From NCBI GenBank assembly GCA_039621445.1, contig CP154954.1:434001-498000 (forward strand): 64,000 bases of DNA, in the 5' to 3' direction. Position numbers and translations under genes: made by a program. A model generated the notes under the pieces. That model did not search any database. It saw only the letters and a program-made list of their open reading frames with translations, and had not been told where the DNA came from. This document shows positions 17,401 to 36,929 of this stretch, piece after piece (positions within the stretch are counted from its first letter, which is position 1; every line of letters starts with the position of its first letter). This DNA comes from Euglena gracilis. Taxonomy: Eukaryota.

Positions 17401-18160
17401 AAAATTCCAATTTTATTTACAATACTATTTACTATATAATTATTAAAAACATAACTATAACCATAATTTTTTTTAAAAAAAATATAAAACTTTAAAAATA
17501 CTAATAAATATTTAAATACTTAATCATTTCAACTAATAAAATTACTAAAACAAACACTAAATACTTTTTATCTTATTACAAAACAACTAAAAAACAAACA
17601 TTAATTCAAAATAAAAAAAAAACAATAATATAAATAATTTTTTATATAATTCTGTCTCTCTCATTTTAACATTAAATTAATTTATACAAAATTTTAACAA
17701 AAAATTTACTAAAATAATAAAATTTATAATAATAAATTTACTTAATTAAATACAAAAATTTTAAAAATTAAATACTTTCTTTAAATACTTAATTTAAAAA
17801 AATAATTAACTTTTAAAAAAAATTTTTTTACTTTATTACCATAATTTTTTTTTTACTAAAATACATAACTTATTACTATATAAAAATAATAAATATATTT
17901 AATTCTATAATTCTATTATACTAATATACTAAAAATACTATTTTAATAATTTTTTACACCTTTTTTATAATTCACTAATTTTAATTATAATTTATACTTT
18001 ATTAATATAAAAAACCATAATATAAAAAAATACTTTAAATTTTTTTATTACAAAAATTATTCAAAATTATAACAATTAAAACTATTTACAATTTAAAATA
18101 TATTATAAAACATAATTAATAATTACAATTAACATACAATTAATTTTACTTTAAAAAGTA
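14490..18160. other. Eroded, almost G-free low-complexity sequence, partly a degraded copy of minus-strand psaB
   Basis: Residual matches such as AAAACTAATATTTCCTTA (~14995) and AAAACCACCTAAAAAA (~15422) to 24062 and 24763. Confidence 0.7.
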
Positions 18161-18248
18161 TTAACAAAAATTTTTATACTATTAAAAATAATTTAAATAA
18201 AGCGAAGTGAATTGAATAATTCTTGCAGCGTTTGAAGGAAATTTATGA

Positions 18249-18476
<228 letters not shown>

Positions 18477-18487
18477 TTATATCTTAA

Positions 18488-21048
<2,561 letters not shown>

Positions 21049-21329
21049 TAATTTATAATTAATACTTTTATAAATTACTATTTTTATTAAAGCTAGTGTA
21101 AAATGAAATAAAAAATTTTTTATTTTAAATATTAAAAAATTAAATTTTATTTTATATTTTTTAGATTAAGAAAAATAACTATTAAAAAAAAAATATTTTA
21201 TTTTAAAATGTTAAAAAAATTTAATTATTTTAAATTTAAATAGAATTTTTGTAAAATAAAAAAAATAATAATAAATTAAAAAGTTTTTTTTAATAAAAAA
21301 ATTATAATATTATTTTATATAAATTTCGG

Positions 21330-23110
21330 TATCCCAAGTTTCTTTAAAAGATTCAAAAATAAGAATAACTTATATTAATATAAATAATATAAAAATTTAA
21401 AATTCTCCTTTTATATGCTTATCAATTTAACTCATGATTCAGCGCTACTTAATTATTTACAAGCTAAGATACACTTCAAATTATAAATAAGAAACTTCTT
21501 GATTATATAAACTTACTAAAACTATAATACAATCATTTAAATTTTTTGTTATTTAAAAAAACACATCAATAAAAACATTTCTTCTATATTGAATACAAAA
21601 TATTTTTCGTAAAACATTATTATAAAAATTTAACCATATTAAAAAAGTATTAATAATTTATATTTTCAAAAAAATAACTATCTACTTGATTGTTCAAATA
21701 TTAAAACAATCTATAAAATTACCGCATCGCACTTCCGAAAGGTATACCCATTTATTACTGCGAGAATTTAACCACAAATATCACGAAGCCATCCCTAAAG
21801 TCGAAGATTCATTAATTGTCCACATTACTTGATAAAAAATTATATACTTCTAAAATAACACATTTTTATTCGAACCGTGAAAGAATATAGTCACACGGCT
21901 ACTCACAAGTTAACTCATAATTTCAACTACTTAATGATTAATAAATTTACAAAAATACATAATTTCTGATTAAATTTTTTGTTAATCATCGCACCTTAAA
22001 AATCGAAAATTGTTTTCTTAACCTTATTTTAACCTAAATAGTAAAAACACCCTAAAAACACCAAAAATAATAATTATATAAAACAGCATAAAAATTTAAA
22101 AAAACTCGAATTTAATTTAATATTTACCTTAAAATATCTCAAAAGGAGTTTTTTTTTTTTTTTAATTTAATTATCTATTTCCCGATTATTATTATAAACT
22201 CATTAAAAAATATTAAAAATTTTAAATATATAAACGAGTTTAATATTTTTTTCAATTTTTAACTAAAAAAATATACCTTATAACAAAAAGTTAAAAAATA
22301 ACATATATTATAAATAAAATTTTAACTTTTAAAAAACTTAAAATAAAAATATATTCAAACGAAAATTTTTATCTACTTAACGAACAAAAAAACTTTTTTC
22401 ATAAAAATTTTTTTTTTTACAATTGGTTTTAAAAACAAAAAAAATACCACGCTTATAAATTAACAAAAAAAAAATTATATAATTTAAATTAATATAAAAT
22501 TAAAATTTAATTAAAAACTATTATTATACCACATAAACCAAAAAAATAGCTTTTGCTAATTTTAATAAAAAAAAATATAATTTAATTATAATATTTTTTT
22601 TCCATTAATTGAATCCACTGAAAAATTTCAATAGTTGTTTTCAAAAAAGTATAAAAACATTAAAAAATTATACAAATCTAAAGAAAAAAAAAAAACAAAA
22701 GTTAAATAGTATGAATAGCTATAGCATGATCAAAAATCACGGGAAATAAAAATTAGAATGCCTTTATTCATTCGAATCAAAAACTCAATTATTAAAATTA
22801 TAAAATTTAATCTCGATTTAAAAAAAAAAATCTTCTAAAAAACAAAAAAAAAAAATTAAAAGTAAAAATTAATTTCGTTTACTCAATTTTTAAATACCAA
22901 TCTATTAAAGTAAAATAATAAATATTATAAACTTTACTTAATAATTAATTCAAAATTTTAATATATCTGCTTCAAACGAAAATTTGCTATCTTAAGAAAA
23001 ACTTTTTTCATAAAAATTTTTTTTAATTACAATTGGTTTTAATAATCTAAAACACATACCAAGTTATACACGCACTAGCTTGAATAAAATAGTAATTTTA
23101 AAAGTATTTA
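21330..23110 (-). pseudogene. psaB: Degraded direct copy of psaB 3' region (corresponds to ~11630-14200)
   Basis: ACCGCATCGCACTTCCGAAAGG at 21721 matches 12186; CACACGGCTACTCACAAG at ~21892 matches 12389; many indels. Confidence 0.8.
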
Positions 23111-23136
23111 TTATTAATTGAAAAACGAAACACACT

Positions 23137-25608
<2,472 letters not shown>

Positions 25609-25619
25609 TTAAGATATAA

Positions 25620-29299
<3,680 letters not shown>

Positions 29300-29316
29300 C
29301 TACACAAAATTAAAAA

Positions 29317-29389
29317 TGAGTTGGCTGGGATTCGAACCCAGGACCGATCGGTTAAAAGCCGAGTGCTCTACCAACTGAGCTACCAACTC
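29317..29389 (-). tRNA. trnK: tRNA-Lys(UUU)
   Basis: GAGTTGGTAGCTCAG...CT TTT AA...GGTTCGAATCC cloverleaf. Confidence 0.97.
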
Positions 29390-29436
29390 ACTTAAAGTTA
29401 AATAAATTATAAATGTAATTAGAACTTAAGTTTTAT

Positions 29437-29922
29437 TTAATAAAAAGAATTACCACTTCGCATATATTGTAAATACGCCGTAAAAAACAAACCACAAATA
29501 GTTATTGGAATTAATCCTAAAATAATACCTGACAATTAAAGTAGATACATTATATCCAAGTCAAATGAAAAAATAATTTTTATCTCTCTAAAAACTAGGG
29601 AGGCCAAAATAAACAAACACCCAGCTTAAAAACTATTTCAAATATAAACTTTTTAAGTCATAAAAAATTTTTCATTAAATATTAAAATTATTAATATAAA
29701 AATGTATTTTAAAGAATAAATAATAAAAATCTGTGAACGTTTTCGCAAAAACATTAACGCACAATACAAAAAATGAACATAATAATTTTCAAAGTTTTAA
29801 TTATAGTTAAAGCTAAACATTATTTTTAATAATAATACTTAAAAAATATAAATACTCTTTAAATAAAACAATAAGCAAATAAAACTTTGCGATAAATAGA
29901 ACCACACAAGAGTTTCAACCAT
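29437..29922 (-). CDS. petG: Cytochrome b6f subunit V; exons 29908-29922 and 29437-29535
   Basis: [37 protein letters not shown]; 372-nt intron starting GTGTG. Confidence 0.93.
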
Positions 29923-29991
29923 GGATAACTATAAAAATTTTATTTTATCATCCAAAAAACTAAATATTTAAAAAACTTATAAAAAAGGGAA

Positions 29992-30064
29992 CGGGACTGA
30001 CGGGACTCGAACCCGCAACTTCCGCCGTGACAGGGCGGTGCTCTAACCATTAAACTACAATCCC
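29992..30064 (-). tRNA. trnD: tRNA-Asp(GUC)
   Basis: GGGATTGTAGTTTAATGG...CT GTC AC...GGTTCGAGTCC. Confidence 0.97.
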
Positions 30065-30138
30065 TAAAAATATTATATGATTATCAAATAATCATACAAC
30101 AAGATTATTATTTATAATAATAAAAATTAAATATTAAA

Positions 30139-30300
30139 TTATAAAGGTCCTTTATAAGGATCTTTATAAAAGACTTCCCTCATTAACTCGCCTGTATCAT
30201 CATATGGGTTACGACCAGGATCGTTAGACAAAAGTCCAAAAACAAATAATGAAACAAAAATTAAAATCAAAGCGTATACAAATACTTTTAATATCAACAT
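30139..30300 (-). CDS. psbI: Photosystem II protein I (53 aa)
   Basis: [32 protein letters not shown]; the likely start is internal to the listed 116-aa ORF. Confidence 0.93.
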   Translation of the reverse strand: MLILKVFVYALILIFVSLFVFGLLSNDPGRNPYDDTGELMREVFYKDPYKGPL

Positions 30301-30569
30301 AAGAATAATAATAACATAATATATAAATAGTGACAAAAAAACAGACTTCATTATAATAAAAATGTGAATTTTTATTAAAAAAAACATTACGCAAGTTTGT
30401 AGAAAGCTAACCATCATTATTATTATTCTGAAAAAAATTTTGTTAGTGCAAAAAAAAGTACAAAAATAAAATAATCTAAAGTAAAACATACAATAAAAGA
30501 GGTAAAAAATTCAAAAGGAATTATGTTTAAAATTTAATTTCTAGGAATACTTTAATCAACAAAATACAT

Positions 30570-30944
30570 ATGACACGAATCAAAAATAATGGTATAAGTA
30601 AAAAAAAGCGAAAAAGAAAAATATCAAAAATGAAAGGATGGGTTGGAGGACATTCGAAACTTTTTCGAACAGGAAATCAACAGTTAATGAAAGCTAGACA
30701 CTATGCTTTTTATGACCGAAAAAAAAAAAAAAATCTAAATAAAACATTGTGGATAACAAGAATAAATGGTGGACTAAAATACTATCTAACCATAAATGAA
30801 AAATATAATATTTTCGTATCTTTTCTTAGAAAAACGAAAACCTATGTAAACAAAAAACTACTTTCTGAAATAAACGTTAGAGATTCTAAATCATTCAGTC
30901 ATTTATCAAAACCTATTATGAAATCAACAGGAATTAACTTATGA
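30570..30944 (+). CDS. rpl20: 50S ribosomal protein L20
   Basis: MTRIK...KGWVGGHSKLFR...LWITRIN...NKKLLSEI. Confidence 0.95.
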   Translation: MTRIKNNGISKKKRKRKISKMKGWVGGHSKLFRTGNQQLMKARHYAFYDRKKKKNLNKTLWITRINGGLKYYLTINEKYNIFVSFLRKTKTYVNKKLLSEINVRDSKSFSHLSKPIMKSTGINL

Positions 30945-31717
30945 AATCCAAAAAAAGGAAAAATTCTTACTATCGAACGAATGGGTAATATGGTAATAAA
31001 AAAAACTACTTCCGGAAATAATATGATAAAAAATTATTTTGTTGGTTTTTAAAACAAGTAAAAGGAAAATCTGCATTAAAAATATTGAAATAAGATTATG
31101 ACCAAGAAATAGCTAACCTAAGAAATTTCAAAATTACTGCAATAAAAGAAGACAAAAAAAAGTAAATTATTAAAAATTATAAAAAAGAAATTCATATTAG
31201 GCTTTTTCATATCCTGATTTTTTAGAATTAATATTGGGAAAAAAAAAGAAATAATATATCAAAAATTTTAAATAGCGAAGAAAATTACTTACGATTAAAA
31301 CGTAAAAATAAAGAATATATTTTAATATTCTATTTATCATACAAAAAACGAGTAGGAAAAAATATACGTGCATAGATAAAATATGTATTATGAATCATAC
31401 AAAACTATAAAAATAAAAATAATAAATACGTATTAGTAAAACATTTTAATGCATTGGGAAATTTGAAAAAATAAAGAAATTAAAACTAATAACTAAATCA
31501 AACATAACCTATGTAATAGTAAAAATTTATGATGAAAAAAAGAATTCTTTTTAGAATATAAATATAAATATAAAAAAGTAAATTTATAAATTGTTATTTC
31601 GAAAGAAAACCTACGCACATAACAAAAAGATGATTAAAAAAAAAAACGCAAGAAAAAATAGATAAAAATATTTTAAAGCAAAATAAATATTACCCTAAAA
31701 TAGAATAAAAAACTAAA

Positions 31718-32095
31718 ATGCCTACAATAGAACAATTAACACGCTCACCGAGAAAAAAAATAAAACGAAAAACTAAATCACCAGCATTAAAAGGATGCCC
31801 GCAAAAACGCGCAATATGCATGCGGGTTTACACAACAACACCAAAAAAACCAAATTCCGCCTTGCGCAAAGTAACAAGGGTAAGACTTTCTTCAGGGTTA
31901 GAAGTTACAGCTTATATACCAGGAATAGGGCATAATTTACAAGAACATTCAGTAGTCCTTATCAGAGGTGGAAGAGTTAAAGATTTACCAGGAGTAAAGT
32001 ACCACGTAATACGTGGATGTTTAGACGCAGCAAGTGTAAAAAATCGCAAAAATGCAAGATCTAAATACGGTGTAAAAAAACCAAAACCCAAATAA
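31718..32095 (+). CDS. rps12: 30S ribosomal protein S12
   Basis: [13 protein letters not shown] and [12 protein letters not shown]. Confidence 0.99.
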   Translation: MPTIEQLTRSPRKKIKRKTKSPALKGCPQKRAICMRVYTTTPKKPNSALRKVTRVRLSSGLEVTAYIPGIGHNLQEHSVVLIRGGRVKDLPGVKYHVIRGCLDAASVKNRKNARSKYGVKKPKPK

Positions 32096-32172
32096 AACCA
32101 ACCCAAATTAACTAAAATAAAACACTAAAGTTGAAAAAGAAATTTAGAAAAATAGAAATTTAACTTATATAT

Positions 32173-32643
32173 ATGTCTCGAAGAAGAAGAGCAAAAAAAA
32201 GAATAATATCACAAGATCCTATCTATAACAGTACTTTAGCAAGTAAAGTAATTAATAAAATATTATTGAATGGAAAAAAAACTCTAGCTCAGTATATTTT
32301 TTATGAAACAATGAAAAATATACAGGAAATTTATAAAAAAGACCCCTTAGACATTCTAAGAAAAGCGATAAAAAACGCATCTCCACAAATGGAAACAAGA
32401 AAGCGTCGTATCGGAAGAACAATATATCAAGTTCCTGTAGAAGTAAAAGAAGATCGTGGAACTAGCTTAGCATTAAAATTCATAATAGAAAAAGCTAGAG
32501 AAAGAAAAGGAAGAGGAATATCCACAAAACTAAAAAATGAAATAATTGATGCATCGAATAACACAGGTGAAGCTGTAAAAAAAAAAGAGGAGATACATAA
32601 AACAGCTGAAGCAAATAAAGCATTCTCAAATATGAAATTTTAA
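32173..32643 (+). CDS. rps7: 30S ribosomal protein S7
   Basis: NGKKTLA...YQVPVEV...HKTAEANKAF; str operon order. Confidence 0.98.
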   Translation: MSRRRRAKKRIISQDPIYNSTLASKVINKILLNGKKTLAQYIFYETMKNIQEIYKKDPLDILRKAIKNASPQMETRKRRIGRTIYQVPVEVKEDRGTSLALKFIIEKARERKGRGISTKLKNEIIDASNNTGEAVKKKEEIHKTAEANKAFSNMKF

Positions 32644-32710
32644 TATATATAAATTTTTTAAGCGTTAAAAAAAATAAAAAATAAAATTTGACCAAAATCT
32701 TTCTAATAAA

Positions 32711-32806
32711 ATGAGTTAATTAAATATTTTAAATAAAATAAAAATTTTATTAATTTTAAGATAATAAAATTTTTTCAAAAAAAAAGTTTCATAAAAGAAA
32801 ACAAAA
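32711..32806 (+). other. Possible intercistronic group III intron in the rps7-tufA spacer
   Basis: ATGAG (NUNNG) at 32711, ~100 nt before tufA; 3' end approximate. Confidence 0.4.
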
Positions 32807-32813
32807 AATAAAA

Positions 32814-34250
32814 ATGGCTCGTCAGAAATTTGAAAGAACTAAGCCACATATTAACATAGGCACAATTGGACATGTTGACCATGGAAAAACTACTTTAACA
32901 GCGGCAATAACTATGGCTCTAGCTGCAACAGGAAATTCAAAAGCCAAAAGATATGAAGATATTGATTCAGCTCCAGAAGAAAAAGCCCGAGGAATAACTA
33001 TAAATACAGCACATGTAGAATATGAAACAAAAAATCGACATTATGCACATGTAGATTGCCCAGGGCATGCGGATTATGTAAAAAATATGATAACAGGAGC
33101 TGCTCAAATGGATGGAGCGATACTAGTCGTTTCGGCGGCGGATGGACCAATGCCACAAACTAAAGAACATATTCTTTTAGCAAAACAAGTAGGAGTACCT
33201 AACATCGTTGTTTTTTTAAATAAAGAAGACCAAGTAGAATAAGCTTAAAAATTAAAAACCTTCACTAAAAGAGAAACTTAAAAAACATATAAAAATAAAA
33301 TTAATTTTAAAATTAAATGAAGAAAATATTCCATCAAAAACGATAGTGAACTATTAGAATTAGTTGAATTAGAAATTCGAGAAACTCTAAGTAATTACGA
33401 GTTTCCAGGAGACGATATTCCTGTTATACCTGGATCAGCCCTATTATCTGTTGAAGCATTAACAAAAAATCCTAAAATTACTAAAGGAGAAAACAAGTGG
33501 GTGGATAAAATATTAAACTTAATGGATCAAGTAGATTCTTATATACCTACACCTACAAGAGATACAGAAAAAGATTTCCTTATGGCTATTGAAGACGTTT
33601 TATCAATTACAGGAAGAGGAACTGTAGCAACAGGACGTGTGGAACGTGGAACAATAAAAGTAGGTGAGACAGTAGAACTTGTAGGATTAAAAGACACACG
33701 TTCCACAACAATAACAGGACTAGAAATGTTTCAAAAAAGTTTAGATGAAGCTCTTGCAGGAGACAACGTTGGAGTTTTATTAAGAGGTATACAAAAAAAT
33801 GATGTTGAACGAGGAATGGTATTAGCAAAACCAAGAACAATAAATCCACATACAAAATTTGATTCCCAAGTATACATTCTTACTAAAGAAGAGGGGGGAA
33901 GACATACACCTTTTTTTGAAGGATATAGACCACAGTTTTATGTACGTACAACAGATGTAACTGGAAAAATCGAATCATTTAGATCAGACAATGATAATCC
34001 TGCGCAAATGGTAATGCCTGGGGATAGAATAAAAATGAAAGTAGAATTAATACAACCCATTGCAATAGAAGTGTCGTTTAATAAAATAAAATAAAATAAA
34101 ATAAAATAAAATAAAATAAAATAAAATAAAATAAAAACTTTCGTTTAAATTATATCAAATAAAACATATTGGAAAAAAGGTATGAGATTTGCAATTAGAG
34201 AAGGTGGTAGAACTGTGGGTGCCGGCGTTGTTTTATCAATAATACAATAA
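32814..34250 (+). CDS. tufA: Elongation factor Tu; exons 32814-~33238, ~33341-34070, 34176-34250
   Basis: [21 protein letters not shown]; two group III-sized introns; ends [17 protein letters not shown]. Confidence 0.99.
34081..34135 (+). repeat. (ATAAA)11 microsatellite inside tufA intron 2
   Basis: Direct count. Confidence 0.97.
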
Positions 34251-34257
34251 TTAATTT

Positions 34258-35176
34258 ATGAATCTAAGAGATATAAATAATATGACACTTTCAAAAAATG
34301 AAAATATAAAAGCAAAACAAAAACAAATAAACCTCCCAAAAATATTGCGTCAAGAAATAAAAGAAAATAATAAAATAATAAAATGGTTTTATAATATTGT
34401 AATGTTATTAGGAGGAATCGGATTTTTAATAGTAGGAATATCAAGTTATATAGGAAATAATCTAATATATTTTTTAGACGCAAGCGAAATAATATTTTTT
34501 CCTCAAGGAATAACAATGTGTTTTTATGGTACTTGCGGAATTTTATTTAGTATAAATCAAATAAGTATAATTTTAAACGGAGTTGGCGAAGGTTATAACG
34601 AATTCAACAAAGAGTTAAATTTAATGACAATTTACCGAAAGGGTAAACAAGGAAAAAATTCTGATATAAATATAACGTATTCACTTAAAGACATAGTAAA
34701 AGAATGAGATAACTGCAATTAATATACGTCTCAATAAAATATATAAGTAATTAACTAAAAAAATATAATTATAAATATAAACCAAGAATCAAAAGTATTA
34801 CAAACATTTTAATATGTCAAAAATAGAATAAAAAATAAATCATTAAAATATAAAATTTAATAAAAAATAAAAATATTATTGCATAATCATTAAACTTAAA
34901 AATTCGAAAAGAAAATTTAAAAAGAGTCAAAAAAACGAGCTGTCTGCAAAAAGCACATACAGTTCAAAAAAAAGTTTAAAAAATTATTTTAATGAAGGAA
35001 TTAGAATTGAAATAAAAAATGAGTACTTTAATGTAAAACAAAATGTTTTTTTGCGTATTAAAGATAAAAATGATCTTCCAATAATACAATTATCAAATCC
35101 AATAAAAATAAGTGATTTAGAAAAACAAGCAAGTGAAATAGCATCATTTTTAAATGTGCCAATAAAAGGGTATTAA
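34258..35176 (+). CDS. ycf4: Photosystem I assembly protein Ycf4; exons 34258-34695 and 34994-35176
   Basis: GFLIVGISSY, IFFPQGITMCFYG; exon 2 ends LEKQASEIASFLNVPIKGY; domain V-like stem at ~34937-34966. Confidence 0.95.
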
Positions 35177-35178
35177 AA

Positions 35179-35211
35179 AGTTGAAAACTAAAAATTCGAT
35201 AGTTTTCAACT
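35179..35211 (+). terminator. 3' stem-loop after ycf4
   Basis: AGTTGAAAACTA-9 nt-TAGTTTTCAACT, perfect 12-bp stem. Confidence 0.7.
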
Positions 35212-35239
35212 AAAATTCTTTATACATAAATACAAAGTT

Positions 35240-35311
35240 TGAGGCGTAGCCAAGTGGTAAGGCAACGGGTTTTGGCCCTGTCATTCGGAGGTTCGAATCC
35301 TCCCGCCTCAG
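35240..35311 (+). tRNA. trnQ: tRNA-Gln(UUG)
   Basis: TGAGGCGTAGCCAAGTGG...TT TTG GC...GGTTCGAATCC. Confidence 0.95.
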
Positions 35312-35325
35312 GAAAATAAAATATT

Positions 35326-35411
35326 GGAGAAGTGTCTGAGTGGTCGAAAGAGCTCGATTGCTAATCGAGTGTGTCTAATAAACACCGAGGGTTCAAATCC
35401 CTTCTTCTCCT
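35326..35411 (+). tRNA. trnS: tRNA-Ser(GCU)
   Basis: GGAGAAGTGTCTGAGTGG...TT GCT AA, long variable arm. Confidence 0.95.
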
Positions 35412-35586
35412 TTTTTATTAAGAACTCTTTGAATCTATAAATATATCTGCAAAATGAAATATTTTACACAATGATTTTAATTTTAAATATGAACAAACAG
35501 TAAATTAATAAAATACTAAGAAAGTATTATATTAAAAATAAAGAAATTTATAAAATTTATTTATTTGAAATATGCAAAAATTGATG

Positions 35587-35660
35587 TAGCGGAGAAAGGA
35601 TTTGAACCTCTGACTTCAGGATTATGAGCCCTGCGAGCTACCTGACTGCTCTACTCCGCC
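35587..35660 (-). tRNA. trnfM: tRNA-Met(CAU), initiator type
   Basis: GGCGGAGTAGAGCAG...CAGGG CT CAT AA TCCTG. Confidence 0.92.
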
Positions 35661-35672
35661 CTAAAATCTATA

Positions 35673-35744
35673 AGCAGATAATGGGACTCGAACCCATGGC
35701 ATCAACCTTGGCAAGGTTGCGCTCTACCACTGAGCTACATCTGC
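35673..35744 (-). tRNA. trnG: tRNA-Gly(GCC)
   Basis: GCAGATGTAGCTCAG...TT GCC AA. Confidence 0.95.
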
Positions 35745-35749
35745 ACACA

Positions 35750-35821
35750 AGCCTTTTGTCGGATTCGAACCGACGACCACCGCATTACAAATACAATGCT
35801 CTACCACTGAGCTAAAAAGGC
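35750..35821 (-). tRNA. trnT: tRNA-Thr(UGU)
   Basis: GCCTTTTTAGCTCAG...TT TGT AA. Confidence 0.95.
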
Positions 35822-35916
35822 ATCATTATTAATATAATAATGATAGGAACTTAATTTTACTCATTATAATTATTTTGTCAAAACAACAAACTCAAAAATA
35901 AATATGGGAAAATAAA

Positions 35917-36390
35917 ATGTCTTTTATAACTTTAAACAATTTTTTTAACTTGCGATTAAAAAGAACTAACATAAGAACTCTAAAAACAAAAAAATTAAAA
36001 AATAAAATAATAATAATTTTGCTTTAAAATTCAGGAAAAACATTAAATCCGACCACTAACACTTTTTTTGGCTTATTACCAGAACAATATGCTCCATTCG
36101 ACCCACTAATTGATGTTGAGATTAGAAAAAAATAAAAAATAAAAGTAAAAATGAAATAAAAGTGAGAATAAAATAAAAAATATTACAGTAAAAATATAAA
36201 TGTCTAAAAAAATAAACTCTAAAATAAACGAATTAATACAATCTAAAGTAAAAAAATTTTTTTATTTTATTTCCAAATATAAAAATTTATCTTGATTAAG
36301 AAAAAGTTCCTATTTGTAATCCTTCCTATTATACCTGTTTTATTCTTTCTACTAGCATTTGTATGGCAGGCTTCAGTAAAATTTAGATAA
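35917..36390 (+). CDS. psbK: Photosystem II protein K, 3 exons; intron 2 (36116-36319, 204 nt) is group III twintron-sized
   Basis: [37 protein letters not shown]. Confidence 0.92.
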
Positions 36391-36437
36391 TTAAAAAGAA
36401 AATTAAGTGAAAAATATAAATTATTAAAAATAAAAAC

Positions 36438-36644
36438 ATGAATTCAGATGAGAAAAATATCGTAGAAAATACTGTAATAGTTTAGGACAATACTTTAAAA
36501 TACATAAATATTTAAAATAATATTATATATAAGATTAATGATAAATCTAAAAAACTTTTGATACAATTAGGATCGTTAACTTTAATAACTTTAACTGGAC
36601 CACTAATTATAGGAATAATTTTCATTCGTAAAGGAAATTTATAA
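36438..36644 (+). CDS. ycf12: Photosystem II Psb30/Ycf12, one group III intron
   Basis: MNSE|LLIQLGSLTLITLTGPLIIGIIFIRKGNL. Confidence 0.9.
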
Positions 36645-36673
36645 TTTTATCTAATAGCACCTAAAAATTTTAA

Positions 36674-36802
<129 letters not shown>

Positions 36803-36807
36803 AAAGT

Positions 36808-36835
36808 ATAAATTTATTATTAGTAATAAATTTAT
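36808..36835 (+). terminator. 3' stem-loop after psaM
   Basis: ATAAATTTATTA-TTAG-TAATAAATTTAT, perfect 12-bp stem. Confidence 0.65.
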
Positions 36836-36857
36836 CTAAAAAACTAAAATATATATA

Positions 36858-36929
36858 GTCACAGTCGCCTAATGGACGGGCATCAACCTTCTAAGTTGTT
36901 TTGTGTAGGTTCGAATCCTATCTGTGACA
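36858..36929 (+). tRNA. trnR: tRNA-Arg(UCU)
   Basis: GTCACAGTCGCCTAATGG...CT TCT AA...GGTTCGAATCC. Confidence 0.92.

Noticed and set aside
31718..32095. Possible streptomycin-resistance allele of rps12
   Set aside because: Both diagnostic lysine motifs (PKKPNS and RVKDLP) are wild type
34081..34135. Regular repeat array considered as CRISPR
   Set aside because: 5-nt units with no spacers and no cas genes; a simple microsatellite
31912..34516. Minus-strand ORFs 31912-32106, 32495-32695, 33607-33855 and 34256-34516, and their mirrors
   Set aside because: Antisense shadows of rps12, rps7, tufA and ycf4; Phe/Leu-rich because of strand skew
35624..35815. 63-aa ORF (mirror 61599-61790)
   Set aside because: Antisense to trnfM, trnG and trnT
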